A stretch of 64,000 bases of DNA from Bacteroidia bacterium (GCA_965216465.1 CBDCFW010000006.1:832001-896000), one strand, 5' to 3'; positions 19,801-29,446 are shown, counted from the stretch's first letter. Numbers and translations: made by a program. Notes: a model not told the origin generated them from the sequence alone.

Positions 19801-20915
19801 TCTATGTAGTCAACTTTACACGTAGTTGCTGAAGGCCCAACAACATTTGAAGACTTCAAGCAAACAGTCCATTTACCTTCACTCGGGAAGAAGTTTGAAT
19901 TAGGACCTGTATACACTAAAGGTGAACTATGGATGTATGGGTTGTTACCTTGTAAATCAGGTTGAGCATTGTAGTCAATTGTATCAATACCATTGGTTAA
20001 GTACCAATCCCAGTTGGTAGCACCATTGGTAGATAAATCGATTAACTCAAAATTATCATAGATTTCAACAATGTTTTTATTAGATACAAAATCAGCAACA
20101 GGAACAGCAGTAGGAGCAATAGCTACAACAGTTTTAGTTGTAGAATCTTTTCCTAAGCAGTTTTCACTTACAAGCTTAACGGTGTAAGTACCTGCAGTAC
20201 TGAAAATATGCTCAGCGTTTGTTGCAGAATAAGTAGTTCCGTCACTAATTGTCCAGTCATGAGCTATGTAACCTGATTGGTTAGCATTAACCATATTGGT
20301 AATCGTACCAATGTATACCGTATCAGGAACAAAGAAGTTGCTGCTTAAACCTGCAGGAACAGAAAGTGAAACACTGTAATCTTCTCCTTCACCATAACCA
20401 AATGTTCCGCCTCCACATGGTAGAGGTGTACCATCTTCGTCAAGTGAAATTCTTAACCGTGTAGTGCCCGTTGTGATATTACATGGAACAGTGAAGTTAA
20501 AATAGTACGTGTAATTTCCGTTAGTCGTGTTAATTTGATAGCCAATCTCTTCGCTATTCTCGAAAATTTCATTTTGATTGTAATCAATCCACACCTTACA
20601 TTGATCTTGATACATATTGAAACAATAAGAGGTGTAAACTTCTAAAGTGTAAGACCCACCAGCTGACAAATCAGCGGCAGTCAGTGAAGTGAAATCTTGA
20701 TATCCATTGCAATTGGTTGAAGGATTGTCAATAGTATTGTTATTTCCTACTAACTTCACATTGTGAATTTTGGACCAATTTGCAACGGTATAATTCAGAT
20801 TGCAATACTGTGCTAAAGAACTTGTGCTAAAGGCAAATAATCCTACCAAAAGCAGGACGAACCCTTTAGGTAATAGTTGAAAGCGGTTTTTTAAAAAGGT
20901 AAATGTTTTTTCCAT
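16830..20915 (-). CDS. Large T9SS-secreted multidomain surface protein, copy B (same architecture, different N-terminal GEVED module)
   Basis: Near-identical to copy A from the first PKD onward; GEGEDY motif; ATG at 20915 (MEKTF) preferred by homology to copy A (MEKTI). Confidence 0.88.
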   Translation of the reverse strand: MEKTFTFLKNRFQLLPKGFVLLLVGLFAFSTSSLAQYCNLNYTVANWSKIHNVKLVGNNNTIDNPSTNCNGYQDFTSLTAADLSAGGSYTLEVYTSYCFNMYQDQCKVWIDYNQNEIFENSEEIGYQINTTNGNYTYYFNFTVPCNITTGTTRLRISLDEDGTPLPCGGGTFGYGEGEDYSVSLSVPAGLSSNFFVPDTVYIGTITNMVNANQSGYIAHDWTISDGTTYSATNAEHIFSTAGTYTVKLVSENCLGKDSTTKTVVAIAPTAVPVADFVSNKNIVEIYDNFELIDLSTNGATNWDWYLTNGIDTIDYNAQPDLQGNNPYIHSSPLVYTGPNSNFFPSEGKWTVCLKSSNVVGPSATTCKVDYIEVTRTSFSIGPETSLPSNVITAGAGTIYDKGGEFNDYTAPEANLEALIAPCGAQSVTLNFEMFKLLANANLKIYDGVNALGTPLHPGNGFTGGNAPSGPITASSGAMYLLFNSTPGAVDSGFKATWTSVAGTGAAPIASFDLPGDTIYNAVTESFMNTSQNAEGSTEFEWSLNGTPVATTRHWLDQLFLTNGTYVLTLKVTSCDGRVSTSTQTFVVANPNTPTEIDFYADNRRPAVGDEVLFTAMTDKANRWEWSFFPPQGVTATGPTSDQLSERTFRFDQPGVYAVQLKAYNFNALPDSSVSEATLVKTNYVIVVEHCNPVVSVTTSTDIGINYVSLEEDATGQMWENQSMTGVGYEDFTELGTVELNFGGVYNFQVDRASNTNPMNRKIWIDWNVDGDFDDAGEEVASQAAGTSTSWMGSFTVPDYTQAFEANTIMRVGVSYGTDLNMPCGANSHPMANRIGEFEDYAIRVINDGDDPVITLNDNDTIFIEQVSPATYVTPGATATDPSQGDISANIQMTTDVDQTLTGVYYEVYNVADASGNTAAPVTRVVYVVVDQTPPVLTVNGSTDTTIEVGTPWVDLGATANDAKEGNLDNAIVTSGNVDVNTLGSYTITYFVQDNQNNSTTATRTIHVVDTELPVIANAVADTDTDPWEVQVQLQSIFVDITTATDNYNSLGDNLSFTANPASPQGGAAVDTRFQGTTTVTYTATDESGNQTVQEINYIVRDFIPPVIDLHTLDVVYHPVNSIYTPVAASASDNLYNTTQISLTQTSNVNPFVLGTYQDTYTATDAAGNVSVKVRTVHVVDDEAPVVTSKIGGMLRVGVGSQFDAIDYILFSDNYDGPDVLFNNHTLVHNDINVWEPGLYSATFKTEDNSGNESNEHVILVEVSHDYFPLTGSVTDLSLENILSVSPNPTSGLFNINVNLPENEEITINVFNAVGQQILNVENGEINKGTYAVDITNQANGIYYVQMNVQGSIITKKVVLNR

Positions 20916-20970
20916 ATAGAATTTGGTTATAGCGCCCACAATTTTTCATGTGCGAACGCCAAATTTATAT

Positions 20971-21001
20971 TATTAGAAACTTGTTCACAAGAAAGGTTGC
21001 A
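20971..21001 (-). promoter_or_regulatory. Putative ECF promoter copy 3 (TGCAACC-N16-TTCTAATA), followed by TAAATTTG at 20960-20967
   Basis: Plus strand TATTAGAA 20971-20978 and GGTTGCA 20995-21001, upstream of copy B. Confidence 0.68.
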
Positions 21002-21100
21002 AAAAAGTTGAATAGTGTATGTAAGAATTCTCTTCGGAACAAAAAAAGTTCAAATAAATTTGTGCACTAAGCTCAATTAAATCAACTTGCACTTTAAGCC

Positions 21101-24100
21101 ATGAACTTTGAAGACGTTTATCAATCACTTAACCCAAACCAGAAGTCAGCAGTAGACGCAATTGAAGGCTGTGTAATGGTTGTTGCGGGGCCTGGTACGG
21201 GCAAAACCCAGGTGCTCGGTGCACGTGTTGCAAGCATACTTTTAAAAACTGATACCAATCCCGAAAACATTCTTTGTTTAACCTTCACAGAAGCAGCAGC
21301 TACTTCATTGCGCAATAGACTATATCAGTTTATCGGTTCTGCTTCTCACCGGGTAAATATTTTAACTTATCACGGTTTTTGTAATCAGGTGATACAAGAG
21401 AACAAAGATTTGTTTGGGGTTCAGAATTTAAATCCGGTATCCGAGCTTGAAGTAATTGAATTGCTCAAAGAAATTATTGATGAACTTCCCAACTCAAGCG
21501 TCCTTAAAAGATTTAGAGGCGACGTTTATTATGACTCCAATAATCTTAAAAAATTATTCTCACTTCTAAAGAAAGACGACATCAGCCCGCAAGATATACA
21601 ACAAAGAGTGGCCGAGTATCTAGAAGAATTAAAAAATGATGAAAGCTTCTATTACAAAAGAAAGTCGGGGAACTTTCAAAAGGGCGACTTTAAAATTGAC
21701 CATTTTAACAAGGAGAAAGAAGCACTTGACAAACTCATTGAAGCAAGCAGATTGCTCCATGTATACGAGCAAAAACTAGCCCGTATTCAATGTTACGATT
21801 TTGATGATATGCTGAAATGGGTTTTGAACATGTTTAACAAAAACCCAGACCTTCTTTTAAATTATCAAGAGCAGTTTCACTATTTCTTAGTCGATGAGTA
21901 CCAAGACACGAATGGAGTTCAAAACAAACTTTTATATGATCTAATATCATACTGGGACAATCCAAATGTATTTGTCGTTGGAGACGATGACCAATCAATT
22001 TATAAATTTCAGGGAGCGAATGTCGAGAATATATATCAGTTCTATAAACGTTATGAGCAGTATGCTCAACTCATAGTCTTGGATGAAAACTATCGCTCAA
22101 GTCAAAATATACTGGATGGGAGTAACAGCATTATTTCTAAAAACGAAGAACGGTTGGTAGGCAAAGTACCTGGCCTAACCAAAAACATCAAAGCATCAAA
22201 TCCAGAAGTAAGCTCAATAACTCAAGCCGTAAAAGTCGTAGAATATCCAAATGCTTTTCAAGAAATTGTGAGTATTACTTCGAAGATTAAAAAACTGAAA
22301 ACAGAAGGAGTCAGTTATAAAGATGTGGCTGTGCTGTATCGAAACCATGCCCAGAGCGATGAACTAATCCGTTTTTTGGAAGCAGAGCGAATCGACTTTA
22401 ACGTTACACGAACACAAGATGTCCTCGAAGTGATAATTGTTAAACAGCTCAATGACTTTTTAAACTACCTCAAGCTAGAAGACAAGAAGTTAGACTCAGG
22501 TCAACACTTGTTATTTTCAATCCTGAATTTTAATCATTTCAAACATCTTTCAGCATTCGACATTGCCCGCATCAGTCGTTACTGCTACACTTATAAAAAA
22601 GAAGGAGGATGGAGAACGGTTCTGAACCAACTTCCAGGTGAGCTCAATATTTCAGACGCAGCAACCAAAGAGCTAAATCAATTTGTATCGGATACTGAGT
22701 ATTGGTTAAAAGAAATGCACAATTTAACCTTACAAGTTCTGGTTGAAAAGGTAATGTCTAAGATGGGATTTGTTTCTCGCGCACTTGCAGGAAGCGATGC
22801 CACCTTTGAGATGCAGTGTCTTAAAACGTATTTCAATTTCTTGAAAGAAGAAACCTCACGTAATCCTTACCTAAGCTTGTCTGAGTTTTTGGTGAAGGTT
22901 GATTTATTGATGAACAACGGAATCGGGTTAAAATTAAATCGAGTTGTGCATGGATTGAATGGCGTTAATCTCATGACTGTACATGGATCTAAAGGATTGG
23001 AATTTGACCATGTGTTCTTATTGGGTTGCACAGAAAAGAAATGGGAAAAAGATCGAACCAGTCTTCCTTTCGGTTTAAATAAAATTTGGGCAGGTGAGCC
23101 AAAGTCGGCTACAGAAGAAGAAGCCCGTCGATTATTTTATGTTGCCTTAACCCGAGCTAGAAAAGGAATTGAAGTTAGCTATGCTTTGAAAAATGAGAAA
23201 GACAAAGACATGGCTAAAAGCGTTTATGTTGTTGAGCTCGAGGAAAGCAATGCTGCAGTAATTTCAAAGGAGATGGCCAAAGAAGATGATATGCTACACT
23301 TCTTCGATTTTATGCTAAGTTACAATGATGAATCTTATGTTGATTTGGTCAATCAAGATTTTGTTAAGGCAATTCTTGAAGACTTTAGATTGAATGCAAC
23401 TAATCTGAACAATTACCTCAAGTGTCCGGTAACATTCTTTTATCAAAACATTATAAAGGTTCCATCTGCGAAAGGTGAAAACATGGCCTTTGGGTCTGCA
23501 GTTCATTATGCCTTAGAAGGATTATTTAAGCCAGATATAGAGCTTAACAATCCAACCGCTATGAAAGAAATGCTTACAACCCGTTTCAAAAACTATGTGC
23601 ACAATAACAAAGAGTCATTTACAACTGAAGCCTTAGAAAGAAGATTGCATTATGGAGGAGAGATTTTAAGAGGATACTATGATCAGTATAGTGATGATTT
23701 GATAAGTAATAATCAAGTTGAAACGGAGGTGTATTTCAACACCAGCGAGGTTGATGGTGTACCTATAAGTGGGGTGATAGACAAAATGATAGTCAAAGAC
23801 AAGGTAGTTCATGTTGTTGACTATAAAACGGGTAAGTATGAAACCGGAAGGAAGAAAGTAAGCCCTCCATCGGTCTTAGATTTAGAAAGCCAAGAGGAGA
23901 ATTATGAGAAGAAGCATGGTGGAGACTACTGGAGACAAGTGTTGTTTTATAAAGCACTAATTGAAAGCGATAAGCGTCTAAACTATGACGTGTTATCTGG
24001 AGAAATAGACTTCATTGAACCTCACAAAGAGGAATATCAAAAAGCTAAGATTATAATTCAAGATAATGAATACCAGTTTGTTAGAGCTCAAATCAAACAA

Positions 24101-24253
24101 GTGTATCAACGTATTATGAATATGGAATTTACCGAAGGCTGCAACGAACACGACTGCCAATGGTGTAACTTCAACCGGTATTATCTAGGTAAAAAGCGTT
24201 ACGAGCACGACGACCTTTTATCAACTCAATCCGTTGATATGGAAGAAAGATGA
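21101..24253 (+). CDS. UvrD/PcrA-family SF1 helicase with C-terminal PD-(D/E)XK nuclease domain
   Basis: AGPGTGKT, LVDEYQDTN, VGDDDQSIY, NYRS, MTVHGSKGLEF, EEARRLFYVALTRA; C-terminal GVIDK..VVDYKTG and Cys cluster. Confidence 0.93.
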   Translation: MNFEDVYQSLNPNQKSAVDAIEGCVMVVAGPGTGKTQVLGARVASILLKTDTNPENILCLTFTEAAATSLRNRLYQFIGSASHRVNILTYHGFCNQVIQENKDLFGVQNLNPVSELEVIELLKEIIDELPNSSVLKRFRGDVYYDSNNLKKLFSLLKKDDISPQDIQQRVAEYLEELKNDESFYYKRKSGNFQKGDFKIDHFNKEKEALDKLIEASRLLHVYEQKLARIQCYDFDDMLKWVLNMFNKNPDLLLNYQEQFHYFLVDEYQDTNGVQNKLLYDLISYWDNPNVFVVGDDDQSIYKFQGANVENIYQFYKRYEQYAQLIVLDENYRSSQNILDGSNSIISKNEERLVGKVPGLTKNIKASNPEVSSITQAVKVVEYPNAFQEIVSITSKIKKLKTEGVSYKDVAVLYRNHAQSDELIRFLEAERIDFNVTRTQDVLEVIIVKQLNDFLNYLKLEDKKLDSGQHLLFSILNFNHFKHLSAFDIARISRYCYTYKKEGGWRTVLNQLPGELNISDAATKELNQFVSDTEYWLKEMHNLTLQVLVEKVMSKMGFVSRALAGSDATFEMQCLKTYFNFLKEETSRNPYLSLSEFLVKVDLLMNNGIGLKLNRVVHGLNGVNLMTVHGSKGLEFDHVFLLGCTEKKWEKDRTSLPFGLNKIWAGEPKSATEEEARRLFYVALTRARKGIEVSYALKNEKDKDMAKSVYVVELEESNAAVISKEMAKEDDMLHFFDFMLSYNDESYVDLVNQDFVKAILEDFRLNATNLNNYLKCPVTFFYQNIIKVPSAKGENMAFGSAVHYALEGLFKPDIELNNPTAMKEMLTTRFKNYVHNNKESFTTEALERRLHYGGEILRGYYDQYSDDLISNNQVETEVYFNTSEVDGVPISGVIDKMIVKDKVVHVVDYKTGKYETGRKKVSPPSVLDLESQEENYEKKHGGDYWRQVLFYKALIESDKRLNYDVLSGEIDFIEPHKEEYQKAKIIIQDNEYQFVRAQIKQVYQRIMNMEFTEGCNEHDCQWCNFNRYYLGKKRYEHDDLLSTQSVDMEER

Positions 24254-24311
24254 CCAAGTAGGGCCAAATTTCTTCAAAACAATACGTACTTTTGCCTTGT
24301 TTTTTACAAAC

Positions 24312-24875
24312 ATGGAATTAGCAGACGTAATAACCGTATATTCTGAAAAGACGCCGAATCCGGAGTCTATGAAGTTTGTGGCAAACAAGATGATTTTGCC
24401 AAATGATAGTGTTGACTTCAGAACAAAAGAAAATCTTGACGAATGCCCAATGGCAAAAGAGTTGTTTGAATACGACTTTGTAAAAGGAGTGTTTATCATG
24501 AACAACTTTGTTTCGGTAACAAAAAAAGCTGACTACGAATGGTTCGACATTATTCCTCAGCTTAAGAAATTTGTTCAAGACTACCTTGAAGCCGAAAAGC
24601 CAATCATTGAGAAAAAAGAGGAGTTAACTGAAGAAGAAGAAAGTGAAGTAGTGATGAAAATCAAACAACTTTTGGAGGATCATGTTAAGCCAGCAGTTGA
24701 AATGGATGGTGGAGCGATTGATTTTAAAAGCTTCGATGAAGGAGTTGTAACAGTTACTATGAAAGGTTCTTGTAGCGGATGCCCTTCAAGTACCTTAACG
24801 CTTAAAGCTGGAATTGAAAACCTACTAAAAAGAATGATACCTGAGGTTGAAGCTGTTGAAGCTGAAGCCGGATAA
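24312..24875 (+). CDS. nfuA: NifU/NfuA-family Fe-S cluster carrier (Nfu_N plus NifU-C)
   Basis: EKTPNPESMKF, VKPAVEMDGG, GSCSGCPSS; ATG at 24312 after TACTTTTG promoter element at 24287-24294. Confidence 0.9.
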   Translation: MELADVITVYSEKTPNPESMKFVANKMILPNDSVDFRTKENLDECPMAKELFEYDFVKGVFIMNNFVSVTKKADYEWFDIIPQLKKFVQDYLEAEKPIIEKKEELTEEEESEVVMKIKQLLEDHVKPAVEMDGGAIDFKSFDEGVVTVTMKGSCSGCPSSTLTLKAGIENLLKRMIPEVEAVEAEAG

Positions 24876-24886
24876 ACAATAAAATT

Positions 24887-25561
24887 ATGATTAGAAAAAT
24901 TACCTTACTTTTATCATTAGCTCTTTTTGCAAGCTTTGGATTTGCTCAAGTTGAATTTAGCAAAGACTCAGCAGAACTTATTTATGTTGATATGACCAAC
25001 TTTGAGTATGCAGAAGAGGTTGAGATTACAAATAACAGTACAGATCCTGCAGATACTGTATTTACTTGGGAAAGAACTGTTGAAGCAATTCCTGATGAGT
25101 GGGGAACAGCGATATGTGACAAAGACCTTTGTTATCCAGAATCAACCAATACTGCTGGATTTATATTACCAATAGGTAAAACAATAAAGTTTAAGGTAAA
25201 TTATTACCCATATAATGCGAGAGGTTGTGGTGATGTAACGATTACTATTTTCTCAGATTTGAATCCGACTACGAACAATGACACGTTCTATACCGAGGTT
25301 TGTGCATTTAATCCAGCATCTGTGAAGGAAGTGCATCAATCATTCAAAATTTATCCTAATCCTGCAAAAGATTATATTACCATTCAGACTCAAAATCAAG
25401 GTGCATTGAACTACGGTATTTATGACATCCTTGGAAACTTACACCAAAGCGATGTGGTTTTATCAGGAGGTCAGATTGACATTCACAACTTGAAAAAAGG
25501 AGTTTATGTTCTTAGACTAGAGGGAGATCACTCAAGGTCACAAGTATTCCATAAGCTATAA
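24887..25561 (+). CDS. Small T9SS type A CTD protein, unknown function
   Basis: Signal peptide ending FAQ; KIYPNPAKD...KKGVYVLRL. Confidence 0.82.
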   Translation: MIRKITLLLSLALFASFGFAQVEFSKDSAELIYVDMTNFEYAEEVEITNNSTDPADTVFTWERTVEAIPDEWGTAICDKDLCYPESTNTAGFILPIGKTIKFKVNYYPYNARGCGDVTITIFSDLNPTTNNDTFYTEVCAFNPASVKEVHQSFKIYPNPAKDYITIQTQNQGALNYGIYDILGNLHQSDVVLSGGQIDIHNLKKGVYVLRLEGDHSRSQVFHKL

Positions 25562-25580
25562 AAAAGAAATAACACGATAC

Positions 25581-25611
25581 AAAAAATGGGGCCGAGAGCC
25601 CCATTTTTTTT
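25581..25611. terminator. Bidirectional intrinsic terminator
   Basis: AAAAAATGGGGC-CGAGA-GCCCCATTTTTT between convergent genes. Confidence 0.88.
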
Positions 25612-25629
25612 GTTTAATTTTTAAGTTTA

Positions 25630-26970
25630 TTATGCGTTGATGTCGAAGGTTTCCATAAACTTCGTAGTGAAGTTACCGTTTCTGAAATCTTCGTTCTGCA
25701 TTAATTTGATATGCAAAGGAATGGTTGTTTTAACACCTTCAATCACGAACTCAGAAAGAGCTCTTTCCATTTTAACAATACACTCTTCTCTTGTTTGAGC
25801 TGAAACAATCAGTTTCGCAATCATCGAGTCATAAAATGGTGGTATAACATATCCAGCGTAGATGTGTGAATCAACTCTTATGCCGTGACCACCTGGTTTG
25901 TGCAGTACTTCAATTCTTCCTGGACTTGGTCTGAAATCGTGAAATACATCTTCAGCATTGATACGACATTCCATTGAGTGCTTTTCAGGAAGGTAGTTCT
26001 TTCCAGACATCGGAATACCTGCAGCGATCTTGATTTGTTCTTTAATCAAATCGTGGTTGATTACTTCCTCAGTAACTGGGTGCTCTACTTGAATACGTGT
26101 ATTCATTTCCATGAAATAGAAATTCTTGTGTTTGTCAACCAAGAACTCTACAGTACCAACACCTTCATATTGAATAGCTTCACCTGCAGCAATTGCAGCT
26201 TCACCCATTTTTTGTCTAAGCTCTTCATCAGCAAACGGAGAAGGAGCCTCTTCAATTAGTTTTTGATGTCTTCTTTGAATCGAACAGTCACGCTCAGAAA
26301 GGTGACAAACTTTACCGTATTGGTCTCCAGCAATTTGAATCTCAATGTGGCGTGGTTCTTCAACGAATTTTTCAAGGTACATACCATCGTTTCCGAAGGC
26401 AGCCTTTGCTTCAGTTCGAGCACTTGCCCAAGCCTCAACAAACTCTTCATCATCCCAGATTACACGCATACCTTTACCACCACCACCGGCAGTAGCTTTT
26501 AGCATTACAGGATATCCCATTTCATTTGAAAGTGCAATACCCTCTTTTTCATCTTTCAACAGACCTTCTGATCCAGGTACACAAGGAACTCCTGCAGCAA
26601 TCATGGTTGCCTTTGCGTTCGACTTGTCACCCATACCATTAATCATTTCAGGACTGGCACCAATGAATTTAATTCCATGGTCACGACACATTTCAGAAAA
26701 TATGGCATTTTCAGAAAGGAATCCATAACCTGGGTGTATGGCATCTGCATTTGTGATTTCAGCAGCAGAAATAATCTTAGGCATGCTCAAGTACGATTCT
26801 GTACTTGAAGGAGGCCCAATACATACTGCTTCGTCAGCAAATTTTACATGTAAACTGTCTTTATCTGCCGTAGAGTAAACTGCAACAGTTGGGATATTCA
26901 TTTCTTTACAAGTACGAATAACCCTTAATGCAATTTCTCCACGATTTGCAATTAAGATTTTCTTAAACAT
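25630..26970 (-). CDS. accC: Acetyl-CoA carboxylase, biotin carboxylase subunit
   Basis: [49 protein letters not shown]. Confidence 0.97.
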   Translation of the reverse strand: MFKKILIANRGEIALRVIRTCKEMNIPTVAVYSTADKDSLHVKFADEAVCIGPPSSTESYLSMPKIISAAEITNADAIHPGYGFLSENAIFSEMCRDHGIKFIGASPEMINGMGDKSNAKATMIAAGVPCVPGSEGLLKDEKEGIALSNEMGYPVMLKATAGGGGKGMRVIWDDEEFVEAWASARTEAKAAFGNDGMYLEKFVEEPRHIEIQIAGDQYGKVCHLSERDCSIQRRHQKLIEEAPSPFADEELRQKMGEAAIAAGEAIQYEGVGTVEFLVDKHKNFYFMEMNTRIQVEHPVTEEVINHDLIKEQIKIAAGIPMSGKNYLPEKHSMECRINAEDVFHDFRPSPGRIEVLHKPGGHGIRVDSHIYAGYVIPPFYDSMIAKLIVSAQTREECIVKMERALSEFVIEGVKTTIPLHIKLMQNEDFRNGNFTTKFMETFDINA

Positions 26971-26981
26971 AAGAAAGTATA

Positions 26982-27461
26982 TTAATTAGGTTCAACTAGG
27001 AATAACGGTTGGTCGTATTCAACAGGCTTAGAATCATCAACTAATACCTTAACCACCTTACCGCTAACTTCAGCTTCAATCTCATTGAAAAGCTTCATTG
27101 CTTCAATGATACAAATTACTTGGCCTTTCTCGATTACATCGCCAACCTCAACAAATGCTGGTTTGTCAGGAGATGATTTTCTGTAGAAAGTTCCGATCAT
27201 TGGAGACTTAAGCTCAACCGTGTTTGTTGCTGCTGGCTCAGCTGCTGGTGCAGCTGGAGTTGCTGGTGCCGCCGTTGGAGCTGCAGGAGCTGGAGCTTCA
27301 ACCACAACTTGTTGAGGAGCTGGCATTGCAATAGGAGCCGGAGCTGCAACTGGTTGATTTCTTTTTATATTGATTTTAAAATCTTTTTTCTCAATTGATA
27401 CTTCATCGACTTTAGATGATGAAATAAATTTGATTAAGGTTTGAATTTCTTTTAATTCCAT
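26982..27461 (-). CDS. accB: Biotin carboxyl carrier protein
   Basis: Ala/Pro linker, [17 protein letters not shown]. Confidence 0.97.
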   Translation of the reverse strand: MELKEIQTLIKFISSSKVDEVSIEKKDFKINIKRNQPVAAPAPIAMPAPQQVVVEAPAPAAPTAAPATPAAPAAEPAATNTVELKSPMIGTFYRKSSPDKPAFVEVGDVIEKGQVICIIEAMKLFNEIEAEVSGKVVKVLVDDSKPVEYDQPLFLVEPN

Positions 27462-27500
27462 GATTTAATTTCTTTAACGAAAATAGTACAAATTGTTTAT

Positions 27501-28484
27501 TTATTGGTCGTATGCCCACTTGACATAAACAGATCCCCAAGTGAAACCTCCGCCAAATGCAGCAAGAACTAAATTGTCTCCTTTTTTGAATTTCTTTTCA
27601 AAGTCTGTAAGCAACAACGGAATGGTTCCTGCTGTTGTGTTTCCGTATTTGTTAATATTAATTAACACCTTGTCTTTGCTTAAATCCATTCGATTTGCTG
27701 TCGCATCAATAATTCTCAAATTGGCTTGATGTGCAACAAGGTAATCTACTGAATCTCCCGTCAGATTGTTACGATCCATAATATCGCGGCTTACTTGTGC
27801 CATATTAGTCACCGCAAACTTGAACACCGTTTTACCTTCTTGGTAAACGTAATGCATGCGCTTATCGATAGTTTCGTGTGTTGGAGGCATTAAAGAACCA
27901 CCTGCTTTTTGATGAAGGAATTCTTTTCCAACGCCATCAGATTTAAGGATACTGTCCATAACCCCTACATTCTCTTCTGTAGGTTCAAGAAGTACAGCAC
28001 CACCACCGTCACCGAAAATCACACATGTGTTTCTATCTTGATAATCGACTATAGCCGACATTTTATCCGCACCACATACAATTACTTTTTTATGTTGCCC
28101 GGATTGGATGAATTTAGAACCCGTATCTAAAGCGTATAGGAAACCAGAGCAAGCTGCACTAATATCATAACCAAATGCATTAGTAGCACCAATTTTGTGT
28201 GATACAATATTTGCAGTCGCAGGGAAAACATGATCAGGAGTAACGGTTGCTACTATAATCATGTCAATTTCTTCAGCACTGATCTTTCTTTTTTCAAGAA
28301 TCTGTTTAATTGCTTCAACGCACATATCAGAAGTTGCTTTTCCATCTTCTAATATTCGTCTTTCGCTAATTCCAGTTCTTGTTCTTATCCATTCGTCATT
28401 GGTGTCAACCAATTTTTCGAGGTCAAAATTGGTCAGTACTTTTTCTGGCACGTACCCCCCAACGGCTGTAATAGCTGCTCTCAT
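27501..28484 (-). CDS. fabH: 3-oxoacyl-ACP synthase III
   Basis: AACSGF, HQANLRII, YGNT, FGGGFTWG. Confidence 0.96.
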   Translation of the reverse strand: MRAAITAVGGYVPEKVLTNFDLEKLVDTNDEWIRTRTGISERRILEDGKATSDMCVEAIKQILEKRKISAEEIDMIIVATVTPDHVFPATANIVSHKIGATNAFGYDISAACSGFLYALDTGSKFIQSGQHKKVIVCGADKMSAIVDYQDRNTCVIFGDGGGAVLLEPTEENVGVMDSILKSDGVGKEFLHQKAGGSLMPPTHETIDKRMHYVYQEGKTVFKFAVTNMAQVSRDIMDRNNLTGDSVDYLVAHQANLRIIDATANRMDLSKDKVLININKYGNTTAGTIPLLLTDFEKKFKKGDNLVLAAFGGGFTWGSVYVKWAYDQ

Positions 28485-28490
28485 ATAATA

Positions 28491-29438
28491 TTATATACTT
28501 GTTTGTTCAGAAAACGATAGTTCAATTTTAGAAATTAAGTTTGAATCTACCACATTTTTAGAGAGTTTTATCATATTGCTAAAAGTTTTCGCTTTCGAAA
28601 TGCCATGACCAACGATAACCGGTTTTTTAACACCTAGGATAGGAGTTCCGCCATAGTTTTCGAAGTTGAAACGGCTTAAAAATTCATCTTTTACACCTCT
28701 TTTTACAAGGTTATAGAAGAATCCTTCGCAAGTTTTAACCACAATATTTCCTGTGAAACCATCACAGACCACAACATCGGCAACATCGTTAAAGATATCT
28801 CTTCCTTCAACATTACCAGTAAAGTGAATTCCTTTTTGATTTTCAAGAAGTGGAAAAGCTGCTTTGGTCAGCAGATTTCCTTTTTCTTTTTCTTCACCAA
28901 TGCTTAGCAAAGCCACTCTTGGATCAGAAATGTTGTAAACCGCTTTTGCAAACTCACTTCCTAATACAGCAAATTTGGCAAGCGTTTCTGGCTTTACATC
29001 TGAATTCAAGCCAACGTCAAGTAATACTCCTGTTGTTCCGCTTCTCTGGGGAAGAACTGTTGATAGAGCTGGACGTTCAATGCCGTGAATTGTTTTTACG
29101 TTGTAAAGCGACGAAACCATCATGGCTCCGGTATTCCCAGCACTTAAGAAAGCATCGATTTTTCCTTCAGCTAAGCTGTGTAAACCAACATTTATACTGG
29201 AAGTTTTTTTAGACGCAACGGCTTTAGTGGCATGCTCGCTCATGCCAATACTTTCACCGGTGTGAACTATAGTAATGTTGGGGTGATCTAACTCTGAAGA
29301 ATAGGGTGCCAAGGCTTCCGGTTCTCCAAAAATTACAAAATGAGAATCGCAATTCTCAGCTCGTGCTTCAAAAGAAACAGCCTTTACACATTCTTCGGGT
29401 GCAAAGTCACCACCCATGGCATCAATGCCTATCCTCAT
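28491..29438 (-). CDS. plsX: Phosphate acyltransferase
   Basis: IGIDAMGGDFAP, SAGNTGA, DVVVCDGFTGN; rpmF-plsX-fabH order. Confidence 0.96.
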   Translation of the reverse strand: MRIGIDAMGGDFAPEECVKAVSFEARAENCDSHFVIFGEPEALAPYSSELDHPNITIVHTGESIGMSEHATKAVASKKTSSINVGLHSLAEGKIDAFLSAGNTGAMMVSSLYNVKTIHGIERPALSTVLPQRSGTTGVLLDVGLNSDVKPETLAKFAVLGSEFAKAVYNISDPRVALLSIGEEKEKGNLLTKAAFPLLENQKGIHFTGNVEGRDIFNDVADVVVCDGFTGNIVVKTCEGFFYNLVKRGVKDEFLSRFNFENYGGTPILGVKKPVIVGHGISKAKTFSNMIKLSKNVVDSNLISKIELSFSEQTSI

Positions 29439-29446
29439 ACTACTAA

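Larger units (their letters stand above)
12521..20210. repeat. Tandem gene duplication: ~3.4 kb near-identical direct repeat at offset 4303 nt (about 12521-15905 vs 16824-20208)
   Basis: Long identical nucleotide tracts, e.g. gaatattatctattcaaaacaactttc at both stop codons; duplicated shadow ORFs 12566/16869, 13919/18222 and 15338/19641 share the 4303 offset. Confidence 0.95.

Noticed and set aside
12566-19832. Duplicated plus-strand ORFs (67, 159 and 63 aa, each twice)
   Set aside because: They are antisense shadows of the duplicated T9SS genes. Their recurrence reflects the DNA repeat, not independent genes.
12421-21010. Repeated intergenic motif considered as CRISPR repeats, invertible-promoter repeats or DGR elements
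   Set aside because: Only three copies about 4.3 kb apart, all in the same orientation. No cas, recombinase or reverse transcriptase is present, and paralog differences are not adenine-specific.
27215-27355. GCTGG/GGAGC-rich quasi-repeats
   Set aside because: They encode the normal Ala/Pro linker of AccB.
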